Origin: an uncultured Bacteroidales bacterium
GTDB taxonomy: Bacteria > Bacteroidota > Bacteroidia > Bacteroidales > Muribaculaceae
Reading direction: 5' to 3'
Assembly (NCBI GenBank): GCA_947072905.1
Contig: CAMTKF010000002.1
Span: 4,334-68,333 of the forward strand
Length of the DNA: 64,000 nucleotides
Shown: positions 8,884 through 18,613 of the stretch, in pieces
How the letters are laid out: each line of letters starts with the position of its first letter
How positions within the stretch are numbered: position 1 is the first letter of the stretch
The notes under the pieces: generated by a model
Database searches by the model: none
Told to the model about the DNA's origin: nothing
The model's input: only the letters and a program-made list of their open reading frames with translations
Program-made: the position numbers and the translations under genes

Positions 8884-10317
8884 TTAAGCATTTACTTTTG
8901 CGGTATTCCGCCATGTCTTGGGCAGCCATTTCTTGCTGAACATACGCCAAAGGAATATGCCGCCTCTGAAAGACAGTTCAATTGCCATGGCAATCCATAC
9001 GCCTTTCAGACCCACAGTAGGGGCCAGCAGCGCGGCAGCCGGGATTCTCACAGCCCAGATGGAGCCGAAATTCATCACGGCGGGTATCATGGTGTCGCCC
9101 ACACCTACAAATGCCCCGTAGGCTACGATTGATGCGGCATAGAGCGGCTCAGCCCAAGCTTCTATCCTGAGTATCTCGACTCCAAGGTCCTTGATAGCTT
9201 CCACATTGGTCATGACTTCCATCATGACAGGTGCTCCGAAATAAAGTATTACGCCCATGAACGACATCACAACGATTCCTAACAACACCGTGAGGTGGCA
9301 GAATCTGACCACGAGGTCTTTGCGTCCCGCGCCGTAGCTTTGTCCAACCAATGTGGTAGCCGCATCGCCTATACCGAAGCCGGGCATATAGCAAAGGCTT
9401 TCGGCCGTTACGGCAAATGCGTTGGCCGCGATAGCCACCACTCCCAGCGGAGCCACTATCACGGTTATCATTATCTGCGCACCGCAGAATATGGCATGCT
9501 CCAAGGTCATCGGTACCGAAATCTTGAATGCTCTGCGCAGTACGGTTTTCGACGGCACAAAACTTCCGCGTTCATTGCCTTTGAGCCTTGTCTCGCGCTG
9601 TCGGGTTATCATATACCACATCATTATTATTGATATTATAACCTCAGCCATTACTGTGCCAAGGGCTGCTCCAAGCACACCAAGGCCGGCGCCGGGCATC
9701 ATAAACTCAAAATCGCCTATTGTGATTGCCCGGGTAGGGAATATGAGAAACCAATTGAAAATAATGTCGAGCACACACATGCCCACGTTGAGAAGACTGG
9801 GCACCTTCATGTTGCCGGCAGCTCGCAATATACCACCGGCAAGGTAATTGAGCGAAAGCATTGGCAAAGCTGCAATGAAGACTGCGAAGTATAGCGAGGC
9901 ATTGCCGTTGATATTTTCATCACCTCCGAGCCACGCCGGTAAAAAACGAGCGATACTCAGGCCTAAAATGGTCATGAATAAACCAACCGCAACTACTGAC
10001 GTAATGCCTTGCCTGACCACTACGCGGGCTTCTTTCTGTTGTTTTGCTCCAAGGCGGTGTGCCACCTGAACAGAAAAACCGGTGGTAACTGCCGAGCATA
10101 TACCCCAGAACAACCATAGCGAGCTGCTCATCAGTCCTACTGATGCAGCTCCGTCAGCGCCAAGCCGGCCTACCATCGACGCGTCGATATACTGCATGAG
10201 TATGCTCGACAGCTGAGCCAGAATAGCCGGCACAGCCAATTGGGCGGTCAGTGATATCTGTCGCCGCAAGGTGATTTTCTCACCGTCTTGAATGGGACTG
10301 AGATCAGCCATTGTCAC
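8884..10317 (-). CDS. MATE family efflux transporter
   Basis: Two MatE repeats (IDASMVGRLG...; GDAATTLVGQSYGAG), about 12 TM helices. Confidence 0.92.
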   Translation of the reverse strand: MTMADLSPIQDGEKITLRRQISLTAQLAVPAILAQLSSILMQYIDASMVGRLGADGAASVGLMSSSLWLFWGICSAVTTGFSVQVAHRLGAKQQKEARVVVRQGITSVVAVGLFMTILGLSIARFLPAWLGGDENINGNASLYFAVFIAALPMLSLNYLAGGILRAAGNMKVPSLLNVGMCVLDIIFNWFLIFPTRAITIGDFEFMMPGAGLGVLGAALGTVMAEVIISIIMMWYMITRQRETRLKGNERGSFVPSKTVLRRAFKISVPMTLEHAIFCGAQIMITVIVAPLGVVAIAANAFAVTAESLCYMPGFGIGDAATTLVGQSYGAGRKDLVVRFCHLTVLLGIVVMSFMGVILYFGAPVMMEVMTNVEAIKDLGVEILRIEAWAEPLYAASIVAYGAFVGVGDTMIPAVMNFGSIWAVRIPAAALLAPTVGLKGVWIAMAIELSFRGGIFLWRMFSKKWLPKTWRNTAKVNA

Positions 10318-12001
10318 CCTCCATCAGTTCGTCCATGGCCTTTGGTATGATCATCACATCTGACGGGGATAAAGGTCTGATGCCCTTAAACAGCTGAAAT
10401 TTAGGTAAAAATAGCATTGAGCGGCGAACCATGAACAATGGGGTCACCCTGCCGGTAGTCTCCGGCCACATTTTTATATAATCTGTGGTGCTTTTATTGA
10501 AGCGTGCCAGCAGGAACGAACTTTCGGCTTTAACCAATTTATTGATGGTTGAGTCGTTTTCTTCAGGATAAGTTATGATTTCAACACTTCCATCTATATA
10601 CAGGCTTTTAAGTTCGCCGTTTTCAAAATCGGCAATCATTGATTTGCCTGAAAGCTGATTATAATAGTCGTCGGCAATCTGCTGAGCCATGAAGCCCGAA
10701 TTGGGCAGGCGTGCCTGATCAATGGTTGAATCGTTGAGATGAAGCTCGATGAGATTACCGAAAATCTGGCGTTGCTCGCTCCATACCACTGGGTGGATAA
10801 ACATACGCATGGTGGTGTCGCGGCCTGTTACTCTCATGGAATCACATACGCCCTGCATGTCTGAACGGTAGAACCGCACACGCGGCCATATATCGGCGAT
10901 ATTGGTGGTGTCGATTCGTACCGAAGCCGGGATTTCGGGAATGCCGTTCACCGAGTCGGCCGGAACGGCCGGAACGGGTATGGAGTCAAAAGCCCGGTAA
11001 GCATTAACCTGCTTGCCGTGCAGATACAAAGTATCGCCCTTTGAATATTCTTTTATAAGCAGTCTTCCGGTGGCGTATGCCGAGTCGGTAGCCTGATTAA
11101 AAAATCCGTAATCGGCCTGAAGCGATGCCTGGCGTGCCGAGTCGGTCATTATCATCATACCGAAACATTCGCCCAAACCGGTCATGCGGTCATAGTAAAT
11201 GGTGTCAGCGGTGAGCCGGCGTCCCTGGGGAGTATGTACTACCGAACGACGGTACAACGCCGCTGTATCGAGGTCGGTGTCATAGAGTCCGTCGCTTGTA
11301 TATATGGTTCCACGCTTATTGATGATTTCGCTCGGCGACAGCAGGGTGCATATATGGCTGTCGGTATTATAGAAAAGCGAATCTGAATAAATTACAAGAG
11401 TATCTTCCTTTCCAAGTGAGGTGAGTATAACGTCTACATAGAAGTTGGCATCTTTGGTCGAAGGCATATACTCGCCCTCAAAGCTCACCAGCTTGTTCTG
11501 GCGGTCGTAGAGGACGCCTCCGGTGGTATAGTAGCCTACTTCGGTATTCATGTCGTATGTGAACTCATCGGTTTCGAGAGTCACATCGCGATTGATCATC
11601 TTTACCTTCTTGCCTGCGTCGGCATACAGGAATGCCATTCTCTGCGGCGCATCATAGTTGAGCTCGTCGGCATATATGAACAGGGTGTCACCTTGCTCCA
11701 TCGAGATATTGCCGAAAGCGTCAAACGATTCGGTAGCCGGGAAAAAGTGGGCACTGTCGCACTTCATCACCATGGGACCCTTGGTGAACTGTACATTTCC
11801 CGAAACAATCATGAACGAATCGGAAACTTGCTTGTACAGTACATCCGCATGGTCAAGAAAGACCCTGCTGTCGCCCTTGCGCGAGGTAGTGGGTACCTGA
11901 GGCTTGATTTCTATTGTCTTGTCTTGCGGGCGATGAGCGAAAATCGCGCACGTCGACAATACAAAGAGCGTACTGAGAATGATATAAGATACTCTTCTCA
12001 T
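10304..12001 (-). CDS. OstA-like (LptA/LptD N-terminal beta-jellyroll) protein
   Basis: Signal peptide; repeated beta-strand units (GNVQFTKGPMVMKCDSAHF, ADELNYD, ADTIYYDR); follows surA as in other Bacteroidales. Confidence 0.8.
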   Translation of the reverse strand: MRRVSYIILSTLFVLSTCAIFAHRPQDKTIEIKPQVPTTSRKGDSRVFLDHADVLYKQVSDSFMIVSGNVQFTKGPMVMKCDSAHFFPATESFDAFGNISMEQGDTLFIYADELNYDAPQRMAFLYADAGKKVKMINRDVTLETDEFTYDMNTEVGYYTTGGVLYDRQNKLVSFEGEYMPSTKDANFYVDVILTSLGKEDTLVIYSDSLFYNTDSHICTLLSPSEIINKRGTIYTSDGLYDTDLDTAALYRRSVVHTPQGRRLTADTIYYDRMTGLGECFGMMIMTDSARQASLQADYGFFNQATDSAYATGRLLIKEYSKGDTLYLHGKQVNAYRAFDSIPVPAVPADSVNGIPEIPASVRIDTTNIADIWPRVRFYRSDMQGVCDSMRVTGRDTTMRMFIHPVVWSEQRQIFGNLIELHLNDSTIDQARLPNSGFMAQQIADDYYNQLSGKSMIADFENGELKSLYIDGSVEIITYPEENDSTINKLVKAESSFLLARFNKSTTDYIKMWPETTGRVTPLFMVRRSMLFLPKFQLFKGIRPLSPSDVMIIPKAMDELMEGDNG

Positions 12002-12016
12002 TACAATATTCAGAGC

Positions 12017-13375
12017 TTATTTTGACTTGATCCAACCCTTGTATTGGAAATCGCATCCGCGCCATCCGTCTTCGATGCGCACGTATGTATCTGCGATTTT
12101 CTTTTGGAGCCAGTCTTCCACCATTTTACCTCTTGCGCTTTCCTCATACATATCTTTGATAAGCTGGTAATCGTCGCCGAGGTTTGCCTTATGGGCGTCG
12201 ATACGACGGGTAAGCTTGACTATGGCCACCATTTCGCGGTCGTGCTTGGGGTCGCGCATGACAAAAGGTTTTGATATCTCGCCGGGTTCCATTGTACCTA
12301 CGGCTTTTGCGATTTCCTGGGGCAGCTGCGACATCTGGAAGCGTGTGGTTCCTGTCTCGCTGTTCACGAGCACGCCTCGCGAGTTGTGTGTATCCTTGTC
12401 TTGAGAGATATAGCGTGCGGCTTCCTCGAAAGTCAGCTTTTTATTATCCACTATGTCGGTGCGTACCGAGTCAAGACGGGTGATGGCTTCGGTAAGGTCC
12501 TTGTCAGCCACTTTGGGGCGGAGCAGGATGTGGCGGGTGTTGATACGGTCGCCACGCTTTTCGATAAGCTGAATGATATGGAATCCATACTCTGTCTCAA
12601 CTATTTTCGATACTTTTTTGGGGTCGTTGAGGTTGAATGCCACGGCTGCATATTCAGGCACAAGCTGTCCGCGACCTACAAAGCCAATCTCACCGCCTCG
12701 TATGCCCTCGGGAGCTTCTGAATAGAGGATGGCAAGGGTAGAAAAGTCGCTTTCGCCCTTGTTAACACGATCGGCATAGTCGCGCAGACGTGCTTTCACG
12801 TCATCAATTTCCTGACGCGGAATGGAAGGGCGTATGGCCACTAACTGCACCTCTACTTCCAGAGGAATGTATGGAATTGAATCCTCGGGCAGTTCAGAGA
12901 AATATTTACGGACATCTGCCGGAGTTACCTTCAGATTTTTAGTGAGAGAATTCCTTACCTGGCTTATGCGGAATCGGTTGCGCACATCGGTGGTGTAATA
13001 ATCGCGAAGTTCGGTGAAGGGCTTGTTGAAATACTGTTCAACCTTTTCGCGTGAACCGAGGTTTGTGATAAGGTAGTTGAGCTGGGCGTCAACCTGCTGC
13101 TGCACTATAGCTTCCTGGGCTTCTACGGTATCAAGGTCGGCCTGGTGCAGGAAAAGTCGTTTGATGGCAATCTGTTCGGGTATCACGCAGTAGGGGTCGC
13201 CTACGAGGGGCACGCGTTCCTGCTGGGCATCCTGATATGCTTGTTCTATTTCTGATTTGTATATTGGCTCATCACCGATAATCCAGGCAACTTCCTCAAT
13301 AATATTGTTTTGTGCGAATGCAAATGCTGAACATGCGAGGACGGCTGCCGGGGCAAGGAGTTTCTTTATTTTCAT
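12017..13375 (-). CDS. surA: Periplasmic chaperone / parvulin PPIase SurA
   Basis: Signal peptide ending AFA-Q, SurA N-domain, two rotamase domains (FSTLAILYS...GGEIGF...VETEYGFHIIQL; FEEAARYISQD). Start moved to ATG 13375. Confidence 0.9.
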   Translation of the reverse strand: MKIKKLLAPAAVLACSAFAFAQNNIIEEVAWIIGDEPIYKSEIEQAYQDAQQERVPLVGDPYCVIPEQIAIKRLFLHQADLDTVEAQEAIVQQQVDAQLNYLITNLGSREKVEQYFNKPFTELRDYYTTDVRNRFRISQVRNSLTKNLKVTPADVRKYFSELPEDSIPYIPLEVEVQLVAIRPSIPRQEIDDVKARLRDYADRVNKGESDFSTLAILYSEAPEGIRGGEIGFVGRGQLVPEYAAVAFNLNDPKKVSKIVETEYGFHIIQLIEKRGDRINTRHILLRPKVADKDLTEAITRLDSVRTDIVDNKKLTFEEAARYISQDKDTHNSRGVLVNSETGTTRFQMSQLPQEIAKAVGTMEPGEISKPFVMRDPKHDREMVAIVKLTRRIDAHKANLGDDYQLIKDMYEESARGKMVEDWLQKKIADTYVRIEDGWRGCDFQYKGWIKSK

Positions 13376-13416
13376 AAGATTAAATCTGTGAGCTAACGCT
13401 AATTTCAAATATCAGG

Positions 13417-13424
13417 CAAAGTTA
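13417..13424 (-). promoter_or_regulatory. -7 box for surA-ostA-MATE
   Basis: TAACTTTG(CC) upstream of surA. Confidence 0.65.
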
Positions 13425-13473
13425 AACAAAAAATTGCTTACTGATGCACAGATATTTATAAAAATTGTTTAAA

Positions 13474-15447
13474 TTAGTCCGCAAAATCCACACTCAGGCC
13501 TATCTGCAGACGGCGGGGATTCAATGGATAATTGGGCAGAGAGAAGTAGTTGTTTGAAAACCAACCCTGATTTATGTGTGAGAACATTACATAAAAACGG
13601 GTCTTCGACAACTTGAGGTTGGCGTACAGGTTCATGAATGGATAGTTGCCGAGTTTCATCTCGCGCTGATTGGCAAAGGATGCTGTAGCCGGCTGATACT
13701 TGGGCGCGTAATAATTTGTGTAATAATCACAATCGACGCCGAATTGAACGAACAGGGTTGCTATCTTGAACTTCAGGTACATATTGGAGTATACAGCCAG
13801 CGACGGCAATGATATCACCTCGTCGTTTGAGCTGGTCTGATATGTGACTGTGTTTTCCCAATTGAAAGCTCTGAAGCGTATATCCTGTTTCAGGCGTGCC
13901 GAGAACACCTGCACAGAGCCTGAATGCTGCGTCGGCAGGAATTGATTGTTGAAATATACGTAATTCTGAATATTCTCAACCTGTGCCGATATATGTGTGC
14001 CGGTGCGAGGTACTGTCAATGAACCGCCGATGTTAAATCTCCGTTCCTTGCCGAAATCGTTCTGCCATATAAAATGATTAGAAAGATAGTTGCGCATCAG
14101 GTAGGGCGTAGCCTCATTGCGGAATGCACCGAAAGCCTGAACATCAATTGTATCGAATCGCAGCGGCAACCGGGTGTCAATTTGTCCGTTTACCCTTATG
14201 TCGCCTGCAGCTTTGCCTATTACGCCAAACTCGGCGGTGGCAGCGTATCTGAGTATCGAACCTCTCTGCTTGGTGAGTTGTGCGCCTACAAATGCTTTGT
14301 TCTCAGTGGCTTTGGGGTCGATGGATGCTATACCCTCCGGAAAGGGTGTGAGTGTTTCAATCGAAGCTCTGTCAAGGGTGTCGAGAGTCTGTGTGTACTT
14401 GTTTATCTCGTATGTGAGATACGCCGACAGGCCAAACTTGGAGTACTTGTTGAAGCCTTCGAGCAGCGATACACCCACTGTATTTTGCAGGCTCCAATAT
14501 GAATTATAGTCGGCTGTCATCTCGGGATTCAGGTACACATTCTTGAAGAACTCTGAATTAGGGTTGGTATTCCTGAACATGTGTTTGCCGCTGATGAACC
14601 TCAGATTATAAATAAATGATGTGACAGGAATATACTTTTTATTTATAACAGAGTCGTTTTCGTCTCGTTCTTCCTCCCAAAAACCTACTTTATAGCGGTT
14701 GTTGACAACAAGTTCCTGACCTGACACACGGGTATGCGCGCCTGTAAGTCTGGTAGGGATTGTCTTGGGGTCTACCTTGGTCACACCGCCTTGAACCAAT
14801 GCCGGGTCCAGGATATACAGTGAGTCGGTAATACCGCCGTTCTCCTTGTTAAGCAGGTTGTAATGGTTATAAAATGCCTGCATCTCATATCTGTCGCCCA
14901 TATACGATCCTGAGAATCCCCATATCAGGTCTTTGTCGGCCTGATTGGCGTAGCAACCTTTTGAATAGATGTAATCCAGCAGCGCGCCAACCTGGGCCTT
15001 TGCATTGATGTTTCCCGAGAAAGTCACACCAAGGCGTTCCTGGGCATTATCGCGTCCGCCCGCGGTATTGTAGCTTAAAAGGGTCATGGGAGTGCGGGTG
15101 TTGTAGAAGGTCATGGTGTTGATTGACGGAATCCATGCCCTGAGGCCGTCGCGGAAGAAGAAGTCGCTGCGCGGGGCACGCTCGCTCCATATCAGGTTTA
15201 TGCCTTCAGCACCGAGATTGCCGGTGGTGGCGTATGCCGACGATACGGCAGACGGCACACTGCGCTGTCCGTAATTATCAGGCAGAGTGTCGATGGTGGC
15301 GTCCTCATGCAGGCCCAGCGGCTCTATCATACGCCACGCAAACGATGGCGCGAGCACCTGATTATGCTTGTGCTCCTCCTCTTCCTGCGCACGAAGCACG
15401 GGCAGCGAGAACGATATAAGTATTAAAATAAGTATTAATTTTTTCAC
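13474..15447 (-). CDS. Putative outer-membrane porin (Porin_10-like beta-barrel)
   Basis: GTG start, classic signal peptide MKKLILILILISFSLPVLRA-Q, alternating beta-strand pattern, C-terminal QIGLSVDFAD. Confidence 0.8.
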   Translation of the reverse strand: MKKLILILILISFSLPVLRAQEEEEHKHNQVLAPSFAWRMIEPLGLHEDATIDTLPDNYGQRSVPSAVSSAYATTGNLGAEGINLIWSERAPRSDFFFRDGLRAWIPSINTMTFYNTRTPMTLLSYNTAGGRDNAQERLGVTFSGNINAKAQVGALLDYIYSKGCYANQADKDLIWGFSGSYMGDRYEMQAFYNHYNLLNKENGGITDSLYILDPALVQGGVTKVDPKTIPTRLTGAHTRVSGQELVVNNRYKVGFWEEERDENDSVINKKYIPVTSFIYNLRFISGKHMFRNTNPNSEFFKNVYLNPEMTADYNSYWSLQNTVGVSLLEGFNKYSKFGLSAYLTYEINKYTQTLDTLDRASIETLTPFPEGIASIDPKATENKAFVGAQLTKQRGSILRYAATAEFGVIGKAAGDIRVNGQIDTRLPLRFDTIDVQAFGAFRNEATPYLMRNYLSNHFIWQNDFGKERRFNIGGSLTVPRTGTHISAQVENIQNYVYFNNQFLPTQHSGSVQVFSARLKQDIRFRAFNWENTVTYQTSSNDEVISLPSLAVYSNMYLKFKIATLFVQFGVDCDYYTNYYAPKYQPATASFANQREMKLGNYPFMNLYANLKLSKTRFYVMFSHINQGWFSNNYFSLPNYPLNPRRLQIGLSVDFAD

Positions 15448-15451
15448 GGTG

Positions 15452-15459
15452 CAAATTTA
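15452..15459 (-). promoter_or_regulatory. -7 box 4 nt upstream of the GTG start (likely leaderless)
   Basis: TAAATTTG-CACC-GTG. Confidence 0.65.
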
Positions 15460-15640
15460 GACAAAAAATGCGATATTAACCGTTAAGAAACTGTTTAAAA
15501 TTTATTTTATCTTGTCATTGAGAGTCTTGTCAATGTATTTTAGATATGGTTTCAGTCATTTAAGAGCCACTGAACTCCATCATCCAAAAGACAATCCTTC
15601 TCAAATCCTGCAACAAATAAATTTAAACACTATTTATTTA

Positions 15641-16156
15641 TTATACCTTATTCGAGCTGTCCTCTATGCCGAGTTTAAGGATATTTCGCACATGACGGGT
15701 GAAAATCGTATCAGACTGCATCGCAATGAGCTGTTCCATGGTCTGCGATACGGTTTCATATTTATCGGCAAGTTCTTTTATACGTGCCACAAGTGTCAAT
15801 ATATAATTTTGCAATGCAGGCGTAAGTTGCGCGAAGCTGTCGACAATACATGTATTGTTCAGAGTAAAAAACAGCATGTCCATCACCGCTTCCGGTCCGG
15901 GATTCATGCTTTCGAAATTCTTGACGTGGCGTTTGATTACCATTACCCGTGCCTTTGATAGCCCCCACTTGGTGCGATGTAATTCTTTAACGATTTCTTT
16001 GCGGAATTTCTCGAATAGCTTTTCAACGTCAGGATTCAGAAAAAACTCAAAATACTCTTTGATTTCGGGCCGAGACTCGTAAGCATCAATAATTATCTGC
16101 ACAAGTTGCTCTTGTGACATTAATGACAGTTCTTTTCTTAAAACAGATTTAGACAT
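15641..16156 (-). CDS. DUF6155-like conserved hypothetical protein
   Basis: MSKSVLRKELSLMSQEQLVQIIIDAYESRPEIKEYFEFFLNPD recalls DUF6155. Start moved to ATG 16156 because the track start overlaps the promoter. Confidence 0.6.
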   Translation of the reverse strand: MSKSVLRKELSLMSQEQLVQIIIDAYESRPEIKEYFEFFLNPDVEKLFEKFRKEIVKELHRTKWGLSKARVMVIKRHVKNFESMNPGPEAVMDMLFFTLNNTCIVDSFAQLTPALQNYILTLVARIKELADKYETVSQTMEQLIAMQSDTIFTRHVRNILKLGIEDSSNKV

Positions 16157-16160
16157 AGTG

Positions 16161-16168
16161 CAAAAGTA
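16161..16168 (-). promoter_or_regulatory. -7 box 4 nt upstream of the ATG (likely leaderless)
   Basis: TACTTTTG-CACT-ATG. Confidence 0.6.
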
Positions 16169-16296
16169 TATCAAATTTGTGAATTAAGTGGTAGATTGGC
16201 AATAAAAAACACGATACATACCGTCAAAAACCGAAAAATAATGAACTACGGTATGTTTTTATTTGTTTTCCAAATAAATTTAATTCTGATAAAAAT

Positions 16297-16800
16297 ATGA
16301 AAACCGGTATATTTTACGCAAGCTCAACAGGTACTACAGGCAGGGTGGCTGAGGCCATAGCCAAAGCAATGGGCGTGGCTGATGCTGACGTTTTTGATGT
16401 GGCAAAAGCTGGCCCGGACAAATTCGATGACTACGAATTTCTCATTCTCGGCTCTCCCACTTATGGTTCCGGCGAAGTGCAGGACGATTGGTACGACATG
16501 CTTGATGCCGTCAAGGCGCTGGACCTTAATGGCAAGACCGTAGCCGTTTTCGGGTGTGGCGACGAAAACATGAGCGACACCTTCTGCGGCGCTGTAGGTG
16601 TGATTTATAACGCATTTAAGACAACGGGCGCCCGCATGATAGGCACATACAACACTTTCCCATACAAGTTCGATGCTTCTGAAGCCGTGCCTGTTCCGGG
16701 CGGCGAGGCCGTAGGTCTTCTCATCGACGAGGTTAATCATCCCGAAGATACCGACAAACGCATTGCCGGTTGGGTTGAAAGCCTTAAGAAAAATCTTTGA
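16297..16800 (+). CDS. fldA: Long-chain flavodoxin
   Basis: FYASSTGTT FMN loop, GSPTYGSG, VAVFGCGD, GLLIDEVN...RIAGWV. Confidence 0.93.
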   Translation: MKTGIFYASSTGTTGRVAEAIAKAMGVADADVFDVAKAGPDKFDDYEFLILGSPTYGSGEVQDDWYDMLDAVKALDLNGKTVAVFGCGDENMSDTFCGAVGVIYNAFKTTGARMIGTYNTFPYKFDASEAVPVPGGEAVGLLIDEVNHPEDTDKRIAGWVESLKKNL

Positions 16801-16816
16801 CAGCTATTAATATCAA

Positions 16817-16863
16817 AAAATTACCGGCGATTTGCATAAACTCTGCAAATCGCCGGTAATTTT
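16817..16863. terminator. Bidirectional intrinsic terminator
   Basis: AAAATTACCGGCGATTTGCA-7nt-TGCAAATCGCCGGTAATTTT, 20-bp stem between convergent genes. Confidence 0.85.
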
Positions 16864-17413
16864 ATTTTTCATCCTTGAAAAGCTCGTCATTTTCATCAAG
16901 CTTGAAGTAATGGCTTAGCAGTGCAATGAATCGGGTGATTTGTTTAACTGCGTTCTCCGTATCGGCCGATACCTCCTTGGATTGCAATCTCAGCAGCAAC
17001 ATGCCATACAGTGCGTTGAAGCAGGTCTCTATCTCGCCCTTGGGGTCTGTGCCGGCTTTTGATCTCAGTTCAACTATGAATGGCAGGGTTGCATAAAACT
17101 GTTTGGTATACTCTGCGAAACGAGGATCCTTTAGCAGGGCATTGTGCAATTGTACCAACTGGATTATGACATTTTTGTTGAGCTGTAGATGGCCGCTTTG
17201 AGCCACATCCTCGCGACGCATCATGTCGATCAGCGACTCATACCACTCTTCGAGCTGAATGCGTTGTTCGTCGGTGAGCTGATATTTGTCTATTACGTTT
17301 TTCCTAATCTTGTCAATGTCAAGGTTATTGGCACGTATCATGTCCTCTATCTGCCACATATACAGCAGATATTCGGCTATATTCTCTTTCCTTTTCTGTG
17401 AAGCTATAAACAT
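16862..17413 (-). CDS. DUF4924 family protein
   Basis: KENIAEYLLYMWQIEDMIRA and CFNALYGMLLLRLQ are characteristic. Confidence 0.8.
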   Translation of the reverse strand: MFIASQKRKENIAEYLLYMWQIEDMIRANNLDIDKIRKNVIDKYQLTDEQRIQLEEWYESLIDMMRREDVAQSGHLQLNKNVIIQLVQLHNALLKDPRFAEYTKQFYATLPFIVELRSKAGTDPKGEIETCFNALYGMLLLRLQSKEVSADTENAVKQITRFIALLSHYFKLDENDELFKDEK

Positions 17414-17444
17414 ATCGTAATTTCTTTTTACGTATATAACAAAA

Positions 17445-18182
17445 TCAGGCGTGATATTTCTTCAGTTCCATGGCATTGCCGTCAAATACGGCGTATGAGA
17501 ATTTGTCAATCCAGTCACCAAGAACTATCAGCCGGGCATTGCTCACCGGCAGTTTGCGGTCGAGCATTATATGATGATGTCCTTCTATTATAAAGTCAGT
17601 CTTGGGATGCTGTGCCGCTATTTCATCAGCGGTCTCGGCTATGGATTGTATCATTTCCTCTGATATCTGCGAATTTTTCGCACGGCTGTGTTTACTCCAA
17701 TTATGAGCGAATGGAATCGTGAGCCGGGGATGGATTCCCGAATAAAGTTTCTGGCAAAATTTGTTGCGGAAAAATGAGCAGATGAATCTGAATCCGAAAT
17801 CAGTGTGGCCTATGCGGTCGCCGTGCGACAGTATGAAGTGTTTGCCGGCAAGCTCGCGTTCGATATACGGTGCGTCCACAACTTCTATTCCAAGTTCATC
17901 CCTCAGATAATCAAACAGCCAGATGTCGTGATTGCCGGTCATCCACATAATCTTGACACCGCTGTCGGCCAAACGGGCAAGAGCGCCGAAAAAACGTACA
18001 AATCCGCGGGGTACGACGTTGCGGTATTCAAACCAATAGTCGAGAACATCGCCCAGCAGGTATATATGCGTGGCAGTCGACCCCTCTTTATTGAGGAAGT
18101 CAACTATAATACGCTCATGTGCCGCCGGATGCTTAATGTACCCTGCGCCCAGATGCAAGTCGCTTAAGAATAAGGCCTTCAT
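17445..18182 (-). CDS. lpxH: UDP-2,3-diacylglucosamine hydrolase
   Basis: FLSDLHLG, LLGDVLDYW, GNHD, SHGD, GHHH, LGDW metallophosphoesterase motifs. Start moved to ATG 18182. Confidence 0.9.
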   Translation of the reverse strand: MKALFLSDLHLGAGYIKHPAAHERIIVDFLNKEGSTATHIYLLGDVLDYWFEYRNVVPRGFVRFFGALARLADSGVKIMWMTGNHDIWLFDYLRDELGIEVVDAPYIERELAGKHFILSHGDRIGHTDFGFRFICSFFRNKFCQKLYSGIHPRLTIPFAHNWSKHSRAKNSQISEEMIQSIAETADEIAAQHPKTDFIIEGHHHIMLDRKLPVSNARLIVLGDWIDKFSYAVFDGNAMELKKYHA

Positions 18183-18186
18183 CTGA

Positions 18187-18507
18187 TTACATGAAACCCA
18201 GCTCGAGCTTGGCTTCATCGCTCATCATGTCTTTGGTCCATTCGGGTTCATAGACAAGATTCACGTTAACCGAGGTCACGCCCTGTATGCTGTTCATTTT
18301 CTGATGTACATCCTCCATTATGAAGTCTGCCATGGGGCAGTTTGGTGCGGTAAGGGTCATGTCTATGTTGAGTGCACCGTCATCGGCAAGGTCAATCTTG
18401 TACACAAGTCCCAATGAATATATGTCAACTGCAATTTCGGGGTCGACAACCGTACGTAGATATTCTACTATTTTTTCTTCTATCTTGAGTTTTTCTTCCT
18501 GAGTCAT
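18187..18507 (-). CDS. Fe-S cluster assembly protein, DUF59/SufT-like
   Basis: VVDPEIAVDIYSLGLVY, MTLTAPNCPMAD, LVYEPEWTKDMMSDEAKLELG. Start moved to ATG 18507. Confidence 0.9.
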   Translation of the reverse strand: MTQEEKLKIEEKIVEYLRTVVDPEIAVDIYSLGLVYKIDLADDGALNIDMTLTAPNCPMADFIMEDVHQKMNSIQGVTSVNVNLVYEPEWTKDMMSDEAKLELGFM

Positions 18508-18537
18508 AGTTAATGTTGTTTTTTTCTTAAAACATTG

Positions 18538-18545
18538 CAAAGATA
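18538..18545 (-). promoter_or_regulatory. -7 box for the sufT-like/lpxH/DUF4924 operon
   Basis: TATCTTTG(CA). Confidence 0.65.
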
Positions 18546-18613
18546 AGAAATTATTGCGGAATATCGGGAATAATTGCTAACTTCGCAAAAAATAACATTA
18601 GACATATTAAGTT

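Noticed and set aside
8884-10317. MATE gene as the missing Wzx flippase
   Set aside because: Has the canonical two-repeat MATE efflux signatures and is coupled to surA-ostA, not to wza.
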